DNA of 63,109 bases, counting the filler, from Octopus bimaculoides (lineage: Eukaryota), in NCBI RefSeq assembly GCF_001194135.2. It is 6 parts of 6 records of this genome, joined end to end, with 100 filler letters (N's around TTAATTAATTAA, not from the genome) between each part and the next. Parts side by side here need not be neighbours in the genome. Positions count along the whole stretch, not along the records: positions 38,207 to 50,789 come from NC_069004.1; 5 more parts are not named here. One strand, given 5' to 3'. Of the stretch, positions 38,753 to 50,290 are shown in pieces. A program made the translations under genes and the position numbers. The first letter of the stretch is position 1, and each line of letters begins with the position of its first letter. A model generated the notes under the pieces. That model did not search any database. It was not told where the DNA came from and worked only from the letters and a program-made list of their open reading frames with translations.

Positions 38753-39929
38753 AATTATANNNNNNNNNNNNNNNNNNNNNNNNNNNNNNNNNNNNNNNNN
38801 NNNNNNNNNNNNNNNNNNNNNNNNNNNNNNNNNNNNNNNNNNNNNNNNNNNNNNNNNNNNNNNNNNNNNNNNNNNNNNNNNNNNNNNNNNNNNNNNNNNN
38901 NNNNNNNNNNNNNNNNNNNNNNNNNNNNNNNNNNNNNNNNNNNNNNNNNNNNNNNNNNNNNNNNNNNNNNNNNNNNNNNNNNNNNNNNNNNNNNNNNNNN
39001 NNNNNNNNNNNNNNNNNNNNNNNNNNNNNNNNNNNNNNNNNNNNNNNNNNNNNNNNNNNNNNNNNNNNNNNNNNNNNNNNNNNNNNNNNNNNNNNNNNNN
39101 NNNNNNNNNNNNNNNNNNNNNNNNNNNNNNNNNNNNNNNNNNNNNNNNNNNNNNNNNNNNNNNNNNNNNNNNNNNNNNNNNNNNNNNNNNNNNNNNNNNN
39201 NNNNNNNNNNNNNNNNNNNNNNNNNNNNNNNNNNNNNNNNNNNNNNNNNNNNNNNNNNNNNNNNNNNNNNNNNNNNNNNNNNNNNNNNNNNNNNNNNNNN
39301 NNNNNNNNNNNNNNNNNNNNNNNNNNNNNNNNNNNNNNNNNNNNNNNNNNNNNNNNNNNNNNNNNNNNNNNNNNNNNNNNNNNNNNNNNNNNNNNNNNNN
39401 NNNNNNNNNNNNNNNNNNNNNNNNNNNNNNNNNNNNNNNNNNNNNNNNNNNNNNNNNNNNNNNNNNNNNNNNNNNNNNNNNNNNNNNNNNNNNNNNNNNN
39501 NNNNNNNNNNNNNNNNNNNNNNNNNNNNNNNNNNNNNNNNNNNNNNNNNNNNNNNNNNNNNNNNNNNNNNNNNNNNNNNNNNNNNNNNNNNTCGCCTGTG
39601 AGAAGTTTTCAGTCACGAAACTGGATGGTATCTAAGTTGTACAGAGTCTGTTTAAACAAACATTTAGAAAACAAGTCAAACGTAGATGAACACTCTTAAT
39701 TGTTCAGAGAAGAATGGACTTGAAAAATATCAGTTAAATAACTTCTTCGCTTTTTTTGTTTTGTTCCTGTCGTAACACCTTAAAAGTATTGTCATTATCA
39801 TAGCGTGTTCTCGTTGCTACATACTGGTCCTCCTGCTTTTGTGGCTTTTCAGAGAAAAAAAAAATATATGGAGGAAACAAAAAAACCAAAAATTCTCTTT
39901 CAACTTCATCTGTTTTTTATCTCTATGAA

Positions 39930-40075
39930 GCATGCAGTTCGGCGCGTGCGTGTCTAGGTGTGACGGACGAGGCGGTAGTGGAGGTAATCGCTTGAACAAC
40001 AGCAACAACAACAGCGAAAGCAACAAAAATCACAACGTAAAATGGCGGCGAGTTATAAAATGTCGCGAGGTAACA
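39930..40075 (+). promoter_or_regulatory. GC/CpG-rich island with an AAAATGGCGGCG (YY1-like/Kozak) motif; candidate promoter or 5' exon
   Basis: CpG-rich patch in a CpG-poor window. In-frame TAA at 39985 precedes the ATG at 40042; donor AG|GTAACA follows 40069. Confidence 0.45.
40042..40069 (+). CDS. candidate first coding exon MAASYKMSR (phase-1 donor); product unknown
   Basis: aaaATGgcggcg context, upstream in-frame stop, and a GT donor. Confidence 0.35.
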
Positions 40076-40780
40076 CCTAAAACATATACACTTAATGGGA
40101 AATATTTGTGGCCCTTTTTTTTTTGTTATTATTTCTATGTAGGTATTCATAAAGGTTCATATTTTATTTCTACTCATAGAAAAATAAGGCATTCTTACAT
40201 TCTAAGAACATGTTTGTGGGTATTTGTATTTTTTTGTGTGGTTTTTATGACCGGATATCAATTCTTAATAGTAGCAAACATTCAGTTTTTCCCCCAAAGT
40301 TGAATTAGTTAAAAACTCTTAAGGGGAGGTCATTTAGTCAGATAGACGTAAACTTCACGTAAAATGGTTTATATTCCTATTTCTTTTCTTCTTTTATTCG
40401 TTTCAGTCATTGAACTGTGGCCATGCTGGAGTGATTTCGAGGGGTACATTAGTCGATTGCATGGCCCTCCAGTGCTCAGCGGGTACTCATTTTATTTGAC
40501 ACCGAAACGGGGAAAGGCTGTGTTGACCTCGGCAAAATTTGAAATCAGAAGGTAAAGAACCGGAAAAAATACTGCAAAGTATTTGGTCCGGTTTATCAAG
40601 GGATTTCTCGAACAGACTGAAGCTTTGTACTTATAATTTTCTCTAAAGTATGATGCTTAACCTATCAATCTCTTTTGCTATATGTATACATATAAAGTCA
40701 AAAGAAGAGACAAGGATATCCAAAGTTAATGCAATACGATCATTTCATGCAACTCCATTTTATTAAGCAATGTGAACATT

Positions 40781-40911
40781 ACATCAAATGTAAAATGCAG
40801 AGCAATCCTCAGCTACACATATAAAAATATGTCCTTCTGTTGAAATGTAATTTCAGTAAATTCCTATATCCTTTTGCAGCTGAGGATTGCTCTGCATTTT
40901 ACATTTGATGT
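40781..40911. repeat. perfect 34-bp inverted repeat with a 63-nt loop; the right arm enters a gap
   Basis: acatcaaatgtaaaatgcagagcaatcctcagct (40781-40814) is the exact reverse complement of 40878-40911. Confidence 0.95.
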
Positions 40912-41339
40912 NNNNNNNNNNNNNNNNNNNNNNNNNNNNNNNNNNNNNNNNNNNNNNNNNNNNNNNNNNNNNNNNNNNNNNNNNNNNNNNNNNNNNNNNN
41001 NNNNNNNNNNNNNNNNNNNNNNNNNNNNNNNNNNNNNNNNNNNNNNNNNNNNNNNNNNNNNNNNNNNNNNNNNNNNNNNNNNNNNNNNNNNNNNNNNNNN
41101 NNNNNNNNNNNNNNNNNNNNNNNNNNNNNNNNNNNNNNNNNNNNNNNNNNNNNNNNNNNNNNNNNNNNNNNNNNNNNNNNNNNNNNNNNNNNNNNNNNNN
41201 NNNNNNNNNNNNNNNNNNNNNNNNNNNNNNNNNNNNNNNNNNNNNNNNNNNNNNNNNNNNNNNNNNNNNNNNNNNNNNNNNNNNNNNNNNNNNNNNNNNN
41301 NNNNNNNNNNNNNNNNNNNNCTGAGATGCAGCACAGAAT

Positions 41340-41392
41340 TTTGTCAGTGAACAGGTCGCGGTCTCAAAGCGACGAAAATATTTTGACAAATT
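41340..41392 (+). ncRNA. type I hammerhead ribozyme fold with a G3:C8 covariant core
   Basis: Stem I tttgtca/tgacaaa; core GUGAACA (41347-53); stem II gtcgc/gcgac with a 9-nt loop; GAAA (41374-77); palindromic stem III aatatt; predicted UUU cleavage after 41383. Confidence 0.6.
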
Positions 41393-42839
41393 ATATTTAA
41401 ACGTTGAAGTGAATCTAACGGATTTTGTGTGTTATTTTAAATGGCTTATAAACACCTTCCACGCTGCAATTATATATATATATATATATACGTATATATA
41501 TGCATATATGACTTTACATATGTACATAAACATATATGAATATATGAATTTACATGTATATATATGTGTGTGAGTGTGCGTGTGTGTGAATGTATGAATG
41601 TATTTATGTACATACGTATGCATATATGTATGCACAGGTACAGAGAGGAGAATAATTACAGGTGCAGTTTTTTTTTCCTGCGGTGGTAGATACAACGTAA
41701 GCAGAACAAAATTTCACAGTCTAGTAAACACTCGTTAAGAACTGTTATAAAAGACACTTCTATCTATACAGCAGAACAATATTTCTATAGAACAATACTT
41801 CAATATTTCTATACATGTGATCACCATTGATAAACAATTGAATTTTTTCTTTTCCTTTTTTTTTATCTCCCCCCACCCCCGTCTATTTTCTGCTCTGTAA
41901 TACACCATATCTTCTCTCTTCTTTCTTCATGCTCAGGTATCGATTTATGTATATCGATATATTAATTTCCTATTTTTAAAGAATCACCTGCCGGCCTTTC
42001 TTTTCTTTTATTTTGTGGGGGGTGTATTTTTTTGTTTGCTTTTTTTTTTTTCAACTATTTCAGTGCTCTTCCAAAACACGTGGTATATGTGTGTATGTGT
42101 GTGGTTGTGTGTGTATGTTTGTCTGTGTGTATGTATATCTTTGTGTATATATCTATATCTATCTATATATCTATATATATATATATANNNNNNNNNNNNN
42201 NNNNNNNNNNNNNNNNNNNNNNNNNNNNNNNNNNNNNNNNNNNNNNNNNNNNNNNNNNNNNNNNNNNNNNNNNNNNNNNNNNNNNNNNNNNNNNNNNNNN
42301 NNNNNNNNNNNNNNNNNNNNNNNNNNNNNNNNNNNNNNNNNNNNNNNNNNNNNNNNNNNNNNNNNNNNNNNNNNNNNNNNNNNNNNNNNNNNNNNNNNNN
42401 NNNNNNNNNNNNNNNNNNNNNNNNNNNNNNNNNNNNNNNNNNNNNNNNNNNNNNNNNNNNNNNNNNNNNNNNNNNNNNNNNNNNNNNNNNNNNNNNNNNN
42501 NNNNNNNNNNNNNNNNNNNNNNNNNNNNNNNNNNNNNNNNNNNNNNNNNNNNNNNNNNNNNNNNNNNACATACATACACACATGCATACAGAGAGAATAA
42601 TAGATAGATAGATAGATAGATGGAGAGAGAGAGAGAGATTGATAGATAGACAGATGCATCTGCATACGCATGTAAATCTCTCACTCTCTCGCTCCCCCTC
42701 TCTCTCTCACTCTAAATATATATGCAAAGAGAAAGACATACATACATACGCATATATATATATATATATATAGACTCTATCCATAAAATACTTCTCCAAC
42801 CTTACCTTTGCTCTCTTTATCTTTTTGTTTTTATATATT

Positions 42840-42879
<40 letters not shown>

Positions 42880-43313
42880 TGTATGTACATGTATATGCAA
42901 ATATATGTATGCGCCGGCCATATGCCTTACATACACACACTGCCATACATATATGTTCAATGATGTCTGCTCGATTTACGTTGGCAGAAGAAAGGATTGC
43001 CTTTTTATGCCAGTTCTGGGCAACTTTTGACAACATTAACCTCATCTTACAAATGACATATGACGTCGAAGTTTCGTACCGTTTACCGCAGCTCACATCA
43101 AACGGACGAAACCAATATACACAGCAATTTCGGCAGCACAGTCACAAGAGATTTGTAATACAAATTGAGACCAAAATTATTCAAGAGGCTTAAATAATGT
43201 TCCCTAGCGTTGACTTTGATATTCAGAGTTAGAAACGAGTTAAATGATTTCCTGTAAGATAAAAGTTGTAAAAATACTCGACTTCCTGGTGTTACTTAGC
43301 ACAGCAAGTTTCA

Positions 43314-43412
43314 CTTAAATTGGAATACCTGTAGCTTAAATTGGAATACCTGTAGCTTAAATTGGAATACCTGTAGCTTAAATTGGAATATCTGTAGCTT
43401 AAATTGGAATAC
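43314..43412. repeat. 21-bp tandem repeat (cttaaattggaatacctgtag) x~4.7
   Basis: Adjacent, nearly identical units with no spacers. Confidence 0.95.
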
Positions 43413-43439
43413 ATGTCGCCAACTATCACCGGTATGTTT

Positions 43440-43790
43440 TGTCGTTTATTTGTTTCAGTTATTAGACACCGGCCATGCTGCAGCACCGTCTTGAAGAATT
43501 TTAAGTCGAATGACTCAACCCAATTACTTATTATTATTTTTTTAAGCCTGATGTACTTATTCTATCGCGCACGTTTGCGTTAACCGCTAGGTTACTTAGA
43601 CGTAAACACAGACACAAACATACGCGCACATACACACACACACATACATACATACATATGTATGACTCAGTTTCTGCCTGTCAAACACACTCACAGGAGC
43701 TTTGGTCGGCTCGAGACTACAGTAGAAGATACTTGCTCAAGGTACCATGTTGTGGGACTGAACCTGGAGCCATGTGGCTGGGAAGCCAAC
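43440..43790 (-). mobile_element. SINE family C
   Basis: tttcagttattagacaccggccatgctgcagcacc..gtacttattctatcg..(CA)n..gctttggtcggctcgagactacagtagaagatacttgctcaaggt. Confidence 0.8.
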
Positions 43791-43794
43791 GTCT

Positions 43795-43848
<54 letters not shown>

Positions 43849-43990
43849 TGTTTATATATGTGCCTGTATATCTTGGCCCCAAGGCCGTATGTTCAACTCT
43901 CCGTCCTCTTCTACCGTCCCAAATCACACTCTGTGTCGTTTTGCTTGTTTTCGTCTGTTTTGTTTGCTCTCGTCACTAATTCTTCGCAAG

Positions 43991-44074
43991 AAAAATATTT
44001 TTCCGGACACCCCTAATTGGGAAGCTATCAGTCTTATCGTTGAAGGTGCAAAACTGAATATCACCAATTTGTCG
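43991..44074 (+). CDS. candidate 84-nt symmetric (phase 0-0) exon KNIFPDTPNWEAISLIVEGAKLNITNLS
   Basis: Very long pyrimidine tract with ctaat and ttcgcAAG acceptor; donor tcg|GTAACT; open frame. No homology recognised. Confidence 0.3.
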
Positions 44075-44541
44075 GTAACTGATGAAGAATTACGGAACCT
44101 CTGTTTCCCCTTCGTTTCTTACATTCAGTCTACGTTATGTCGTTTGCTTATTTTACCATGTTTTTTTTTTTCATTTACAATGAATTTGTGAGTTTATATA
44201 TGAATTTGTGAGTTTATATATATATATATTTATTTATTTATATGTAAGTATGTGTGTATGATTATGATGCCCACACGCATGGACAGACAAATGCATGTGC
44301 GCGTTAATGAGCAACAGAATGACTCCACAGTTCCTTAAAGAATTTCCCTTACCGTTGCACATTCTCTTACATTCGAAAGGGACAAAACAGCTATGTTACT
44401 TCAGAGCACAGCATATCGCACCCCGTCCTATGACACCAGACACCGAATCACTTCCCAACACATCCCTACATCATACAACTACACACACACACACATACAC
44501 ACATAGATATATATATACATATATATATACACATATGTATG

Positions 44542-44604
<63 letters not shown>

Positions 44605-44612
44605 GCGCACAA

Positions 44613-44643
<31 letters not shown>

Positions 44644-46056
44644 TGTATGTATGTAGTGATAAATCATTTTTATTAGTTAACCATATGTCATGCATTAGCT
44701 TATATAAATCATATTTATTGTATCCAAGTATATTATACGTGGGATATAACAACGCTTGTAACTGTCTTTAAGCTGAACATCCTCCTGTATAGTTAGATAT
44801 ATGCCGTGTCATAAATCATAGGAGCCATACATACATACATTCCTACATACATACATACATACATAACGCAAATACACACACACAGACACTCACACTCATA
44901 TATACGTTTATACTTATATGTGCGTATATACATATATGCAAATGTCAGTATATACATGCGTATAAGTTTATACATACTGATACAGAAATATATTTGTATA
45001 TATATATATAGATGGCTAGATAGATAGATAGATAGATAGATGGATATTTGTATATGATATATATNNNNNNNNNNNNNNNNNNNNNNNNNNNNNNNNNNNN
45101 NNNNNNNNNNNNNNNNNNNNNNNNNNNNNNNNNNNNNNNNNNNNNNNNNNNNNNNNNNNNNNNNNNNNNNNNNNNNNNNNNNNNNNNNNNNNNNNNNNNN
45201 NNNNNNNNNNNNNNNNNNNNNNNNNNNNNNNNNNNNNNNNNNNNNNNNNNNNNNNNNNNNNNNNNNNNNNNNNNNNNNNNNNNNNNNNNNNNNNNNNNNN
45301 NNNNNNNNNNNNNNNNNNNNNNNNNNNNNNNNNNNNNNNNNNNNNNNNNNNNNNNNNNNNNNNNNNNNNNNNNNNNNNNNNNNNNNNNNNNNNNNNNNNN
45401 NNNNNNNNNNNNNNNNNNNNNNNNNNNNNNNNNNNNNNNNNNNNNNNNNNNNNNNNNNNNNNNNNNNNNNNNNNNNNNNNNNNNNNNNNNNNNNNNNNNN
45501 NNNNNNNNNNNNNNNNNNNNNNNNNNNNNNNNNNNNNNNNNNNNNNNNNNNNNNNNNNNNNNNNNNNNNNNNNNNNNNNNNNNNNNNNNNNNNNNNNNNN
45601 NNNNNNNNNNNNNNNNNNNNNNNNNNNNNNNNNNNNNNNNNNNNNNNNNNNNNNNNNNNNNNNNNNNNNNNNNNNNNNNNNNNNNNNNNNNNNNNNNNNN
45701 NNNNNNNNNNNNNNNNNNNNNNNNNNNNNNNNNNNNNNNNNNNNNNNNNNNNNNNNNNNNNNNNNNNNNNNNNNNNNNNNNNNNNNNNNNNNNNNNNNNN
45801 NNNNNNNNNNNNNNNNNNNNNNNNNNNNNNNNNNNNNNNNNNNNNNNNNNNNNNNNNNNNNNNNNNNNNNNNNNNNNNNNNNNNNNNNNNNNNNNNNNNN
45901 NNNNNNNNNNNNNNNNNNNNNNNNNNNNNNNNNNNNNNNNNNNNNNNNNNNNNNNNNNNNNNNNNNNNNNNNNNNNNNNNNNNNNNNNNNNNNNNNNNNN
46001 NNNNNNNNNNNNNNNNNNNNNNNNNNNNNNNNNNNNNNNNNNNNNNNNNNNNNNNN

Positions 46057-46094
<38 letters not shown>

Positions 46095-46454
46095 TAGATA
46101 GACAGACAGATAGATAGATAGATAGATATAAGCTCACACACGCATACACACATATATATAGGTATAAACATTTATGTGTATATATGTATATACACTTATA
46201 TATAAATGTATGTAGACCTCAGCCCTGGGCTTGAACCTGTAAAAGATAAAAGATATGCACATATGCACACATATGCATATATATGTGGGCGTATGTATGC
46301 ATGTGTATATATATACGTATGGGTGGCGTTTCCTAAGGTGCCTTCTGCATGAAAAGTACACATTTAAGATGGCCTAATATGATATGTATATCATACCCAT
46401 CATAAAGGGTATATTATACCCTTCATACATTTCAACGGAAATTGATCGCATAAA

Positions 46455-47410
46455 TACTATAATTAATTGCTACTGGTAGGGACACTGAATTTCGTTCTAC
46501 AGCTACAATATACTCCCAACTATACCAAGCATATTAAATGTTTATAAGTCAATGCTGTGTCCTATTTCGGTGTTAGCAGTGCGATGTAATCGGTTTTAAG
46601 TTTATCTCTATAGATTTTCTATAGAATTTAGAGCCAGCAACGAAAGTTATGACGTTTCGTATACAAATACATCTACATAAGCAATGCAATCGGAGAGAGA
46701 AAAGTAAGTAATGGGTGCATATGACTCCGTTAACTATCTAAGAATAATATGTTTAAATAGCTATTACGTTTAGCAGTGCTAGATCAATTTACATATTAAA
46801 CACATTCCTGGCAACTGGTACGTACATATTAATTGCCAGTAGGGTCACAGTATTTCGTTATACATCCATAATAAAAAAGGAGCACTCCGCGGTTACGACG
46901 ACGAGGGCCCCAGCTGATCCTATCAACGGAACAGCTTGCTCGTGAAATTAACGTGCAAGTGACTGAGCACTCCACAGACACGTGTACCCTTAACGTAGTT
47001 CTCGGGGAGATTCAGCGTGACACAGAGTGTGACAAGGCCGGCCCTTTGAAATACAGGTACGACTAATTTTTGCCAGCTGAATGGACTGGAGCAACGTGAA
47101 ATAAAGTGTCTTGCTCAAGGATACAATGCATCACCGGGAATTGAACTCACGACCTTACGATCGTGAGCCGAATGCCCTAACCATTAAGCCACGCACCTTC
47201 ACACATCCATAATATACTATATTAAAGGATATAAGTCAATATTGTCTCCTACTTTTGTGGTAGCAGTGCGTTGTTTTCATTTTAAAGTTTATCTCTACAG
47301 ATATTTTTTACAGAATTTAGAGTTCCCACTGAAATTTACGACGTTTCTTGTACGAACACATCTATGTAAAAATAGCGATCGAAGATAGAAAAGTTGGTAA
47401 TAAGTGTATA
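46455..47410 (+). repeat. old tandem duplication (~46455-46720 vs ~46826-47410), second copy interrupted by a SINE
   Basis: Colinear similarity, for example ataagtcaat..cct..tt.g.tagcagtgcg..tt.aagtttatctcta.aga..ttt..agaatttagag. Confidence 0.8.
46874..47202 (-). mobile_element. CORE-like SINE carrying the same 3' tail as family B, with a 12-bp TSD
   Basis: TSD acatccataata at 46862-46873 and 47203-47214; head gtgtgaaggtgcgtggcttaatggttagggc..gagttcaattccc; CORE-like ccttgagcaagacactttatttcacgttgctccagtcc. Confidence 0.9.
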
Positions 47411-47848
47411 TACGTATTTCAAGAGTTATTGCTTTTTCTTCAGCACCACACTCAACCCATTATCTATCGACGAACACACTGCTTAAATGCCTACGAAGTG
47501 CTGGCTCTGAATTCAACAAAAAATCATTTGCGATAACTTTAAAATATTATAATATCTTTTACTCGCTCTGGCACCATACGTAGCTCAGCAGTTACAAAAT
47601 TACCAAAACGTGTCCGTAGTTGTCCCCATCACAAACAATGTCCCACTCCTCTCTCACCCTTGTAGTTCTAACTTACATCTTGCAGATGTTCTGTGATGCA
47701 TCGTCAGTGATGTTTCTGGCGTTTCGGAGAGTTTGGTGCTTTTCAATATCATTACCCCCTCGTCCAACCGGAATTGATCAAGTCCCAGCTTCCATCCCAA
47801 TAGCAACTAACCACTGGTCTGTCCCTCACCCAGTTGACCCAACCGGAG

Positions 47849-48140
47849 TGTATATGGAATTTGTTGTCCAATGAGACCATTCTGTCATTTCTTATATACA
47901 GGTCTTCAATGTCCAATGTGACCATCCCGTCATTTCGTATGTCCAATACGACCATCCTGTCATTCTGTATATGCGGAATTTCACTGTCCGGTGAGACAAT
48001 CCTGTCAATTCGTACATGCAGGTCTTCAATGTCCAATGTGACCATCCCGTCATTTTGTATATCCAGGTTTTCACTGACCATTTTTTTTCTTTTTTCAACC
48101 TGTCACTTTCTATATGAAGGATTTCATTATCCAATGTGTC
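47849..48140 (-). repeat. 45-bp tandem repeat, frame-preserving, encoding a 15-aa unit on the minus strand
   Basis: Units start at 47865, 47910 (30 bp), 47940, 47985 and 48030, with partial or diverged units on each side. ORF 47752-48081 reads DIEDLYIRNDRMVSL-type repeats. Confidence 0.9.
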
Positions 48141-49069
48141 CGAAAATTCCTCACTTTATTTCTGTTTTCCTTCTGGCTGTGGAATATTTGTGTTAATCGA
48201 AATTTCATTGTTATTTCTCGCAAGTTATTTCATGTAGAATTTGTCTCGTTGTCTCGCAGTTCAAATGTGTTGATATTTGAAAGAAGGTGAGCCGAGCCAA
48301 AGCGGACCAAACACGAAAGGTGTCACAGAATTATTGAAATGCTTTTCAGCAAATTTCGTAAAACGGCTGAAAGCCAGCTGTGAACTGTTTGTTTATTTAT
48401 TGAAGACAGTAAATAATAAATAAATACTATAGAAAAACGAAAAAATAAAATAAAATAAAATACCGGAAAACAGTTTAGTTTTCAGATGTTCACTAGTGAT
48501 ATATTGAAAGGATGAACGTCGAGGAGGTGTTTTATAAGCATGCTTAATATGATTAGATGACAGAGGTGTTTTAGCATGGTATCATTGAAGGTTTCCCGAA
48601 GCAGTGATGTATGAGGCCGCGTACATCAAAGGGCCGCAATAAAAGGTATAATTTAAAGTATGGTTTACTCAATGAGGAAATCGTGCTAGGGGGCGTTGTG
48701 TAACTAAGTGCTAAAGGGATTGATTGAGACATTAAATATTATTTGTATTGATTCAGTGAATTATGAGGTTTCACCTGTAACAAATGGGTTGGTACGAACC
48801 AACAAAATACGAGAGGAGTGTTTCTAGGCGGACAGCCGATCCGCTAGAAATAGCAGCAAAGATTTCCTTCAAATTACACCTGCGTGTCACAGGTAGGACT
48901 TGGCCGAAGGTAGGTGTTTAAGGCGGTCACACAACTTAGTTATGATTAGCAGTAAAATCAACCCCGCCAGGAAAATCATATTCTATCATATTTGACCCTT
49001 CTGAAACCAACCTGTTTGAGACCCACCGCTTTGATTTAATAAAATAAATTCCTTTGAATAAATAGAAAA

Positions 49070-49300
49070 AGGCGGCGAGCTGGCAGAAACGTTAACAGGC
49101 CGGGCGAAATGCTTAACGGTATTTCGTCTGCCGCTGCGTTATGAGTTCAAATTCCACTGAGGTCAATTTTCCTTTTATCTTTGCGGGGTCGATTAAATAA
49201 GTGCCAGTTACGCACTGGGGTCGATATAGTCGACTTAATCCGTTTGTCTGTCCTTGTTTATCCCCTCTGTGTGTAGCCCCTTGTGGGCAGTAAAGAAATA
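49070..49300 (+). mobile_element. near-intact SINE family A (variant tail)
   Basis: aaggcggcgagctggcagaaacgttaaca..gagttcaaattcc..ggggtcgattaaataag..gtccttgtttatcccctctgtgtgtagccccttgtgggcagtaaagaaataag. Confidence 0.9.
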
Positions 49301-49329
49301 AGAATACATTCCTTCTTTTAAAACTTATC

Positions 49330-49845
49330 TAAATTTAAACCTTAAATCAAAATTTTATGTTATTATGTAAAAAAAACACCTGATTAACCACGACAGGTAT
49401 TTTACTAAATTCTTCGTTACTTTCAAAATTAATTGAAACAAATATGGTTCAAAAAGTGCTAAAGTGATCTAAATTAAAACCTTTCATATAAATTTATGTT
49501 CCAAACGCCGGCTTAATAGTAACAAAACAATTTTACTAAATTCTTCATTATTCTCAAAATTAATTGAAACAAGGTGATTGTATTGGGTTGTCCAGAAAGT
49601 TCGTGCCGATTTAAAGTAGCTTACCTTTCGACTTATTTGCCATGAATCCACCTTAATTCTGAGAAGAGGGTATTTTCAAGTTAAAAGAAAGATGGAGACG
49701 CATTGCACAACAAAATGGTTCTTATTTGGTTGATTAAAAATGTAATGGCAAGTATTTATTGATCTTTTTCTTTCCTTTAAAAATCGGCACGAACTTTCCG
49801 GACAACCCAATATTTCAACAGAAATATGGTAACAAAAGGGCTAGA
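49330..49845. mobile_element. decayed piggyBac-type MITE (family of 32554) with an internal duplication, hosting a mariner insertion
   Basis: tttactaaattcttc.tta.t.tcaaaattaattgaaacaa occurs twice, and the right end ttcaacagaaatatggtaacaaaaggg is shared with 32554-32774. Confidence 0.7.
49583..49810 (+). mobile_element. internally deleted mariner element with TA TSD
   Basis: 30-bp TIRs ttgggttgtcc(a/g)gaaagttcgtgccgattt with 1 mismatch; TA at 49581-82 and 49811-12. Residual transposase C-terminus EEGIFKLKERWRRIAQQNGSYLVD* at 49663-49737. Confidence 0.95.
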
Positions 49846-50290
49846 GTGATCTACAGTAAAATTCCCCTGTTATGCTGAGGAACTATAAGAAACCAAAGAA
49901 ATAATTCCAGTACAGACACACAAAATTCTTTTCTATAAAATTCCTTAATATCTGCCTCCTAAAAGGCATCTATTTTTTCTAAACCATTTGTTTATCGCAA
50001 TACGGTCTGGTGTGCAAGATAGCCTTGAAACGAAAATCTGAGTAAGGATCATATTTAAAAAATGCATACATACAAACGTTCATCCGTAGATGCAAGCTAA
50101 GGTTTATACTGCACATATACAGCCATGTATGCAAAAATACCCTAAGGATGTTGGTGAAATTCCAACGGATCTAGGTTCGAAACCGGCTTTTTTTCTATTG
50201 GTAAGGAAACATGAAATAAAATGGAATAACGACACACACACATACATACATATATATATATATGTGTGTATACATACATANNNNNNNNNN

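Noticed and set aside
42963-43193. MSARFTLAEERIAFLCQFW, reminiscent of a Tc1-like transposase N-terminal HTH
   Set aside because: The similarity is limited to ~20 residues from memory, with no TIR or DDE motifs. Too weak to call.
43314-43412. 21-bp repeats (and 24-bp repeats at 10894) as a CRISPR array
   Set aside because: Units are directly adjacent with no unique spacers, no cas genes are present, and the context is eukaryotic.
44079-44105. CTGATGAAG motif
   Set aside because: No stem II and no GAAA follow.
48520-48650. HGIIEG..K..RPRT, a faint RTE-like C-terminal trace
   Set aside because: Multiple stops and only a few matching residues.
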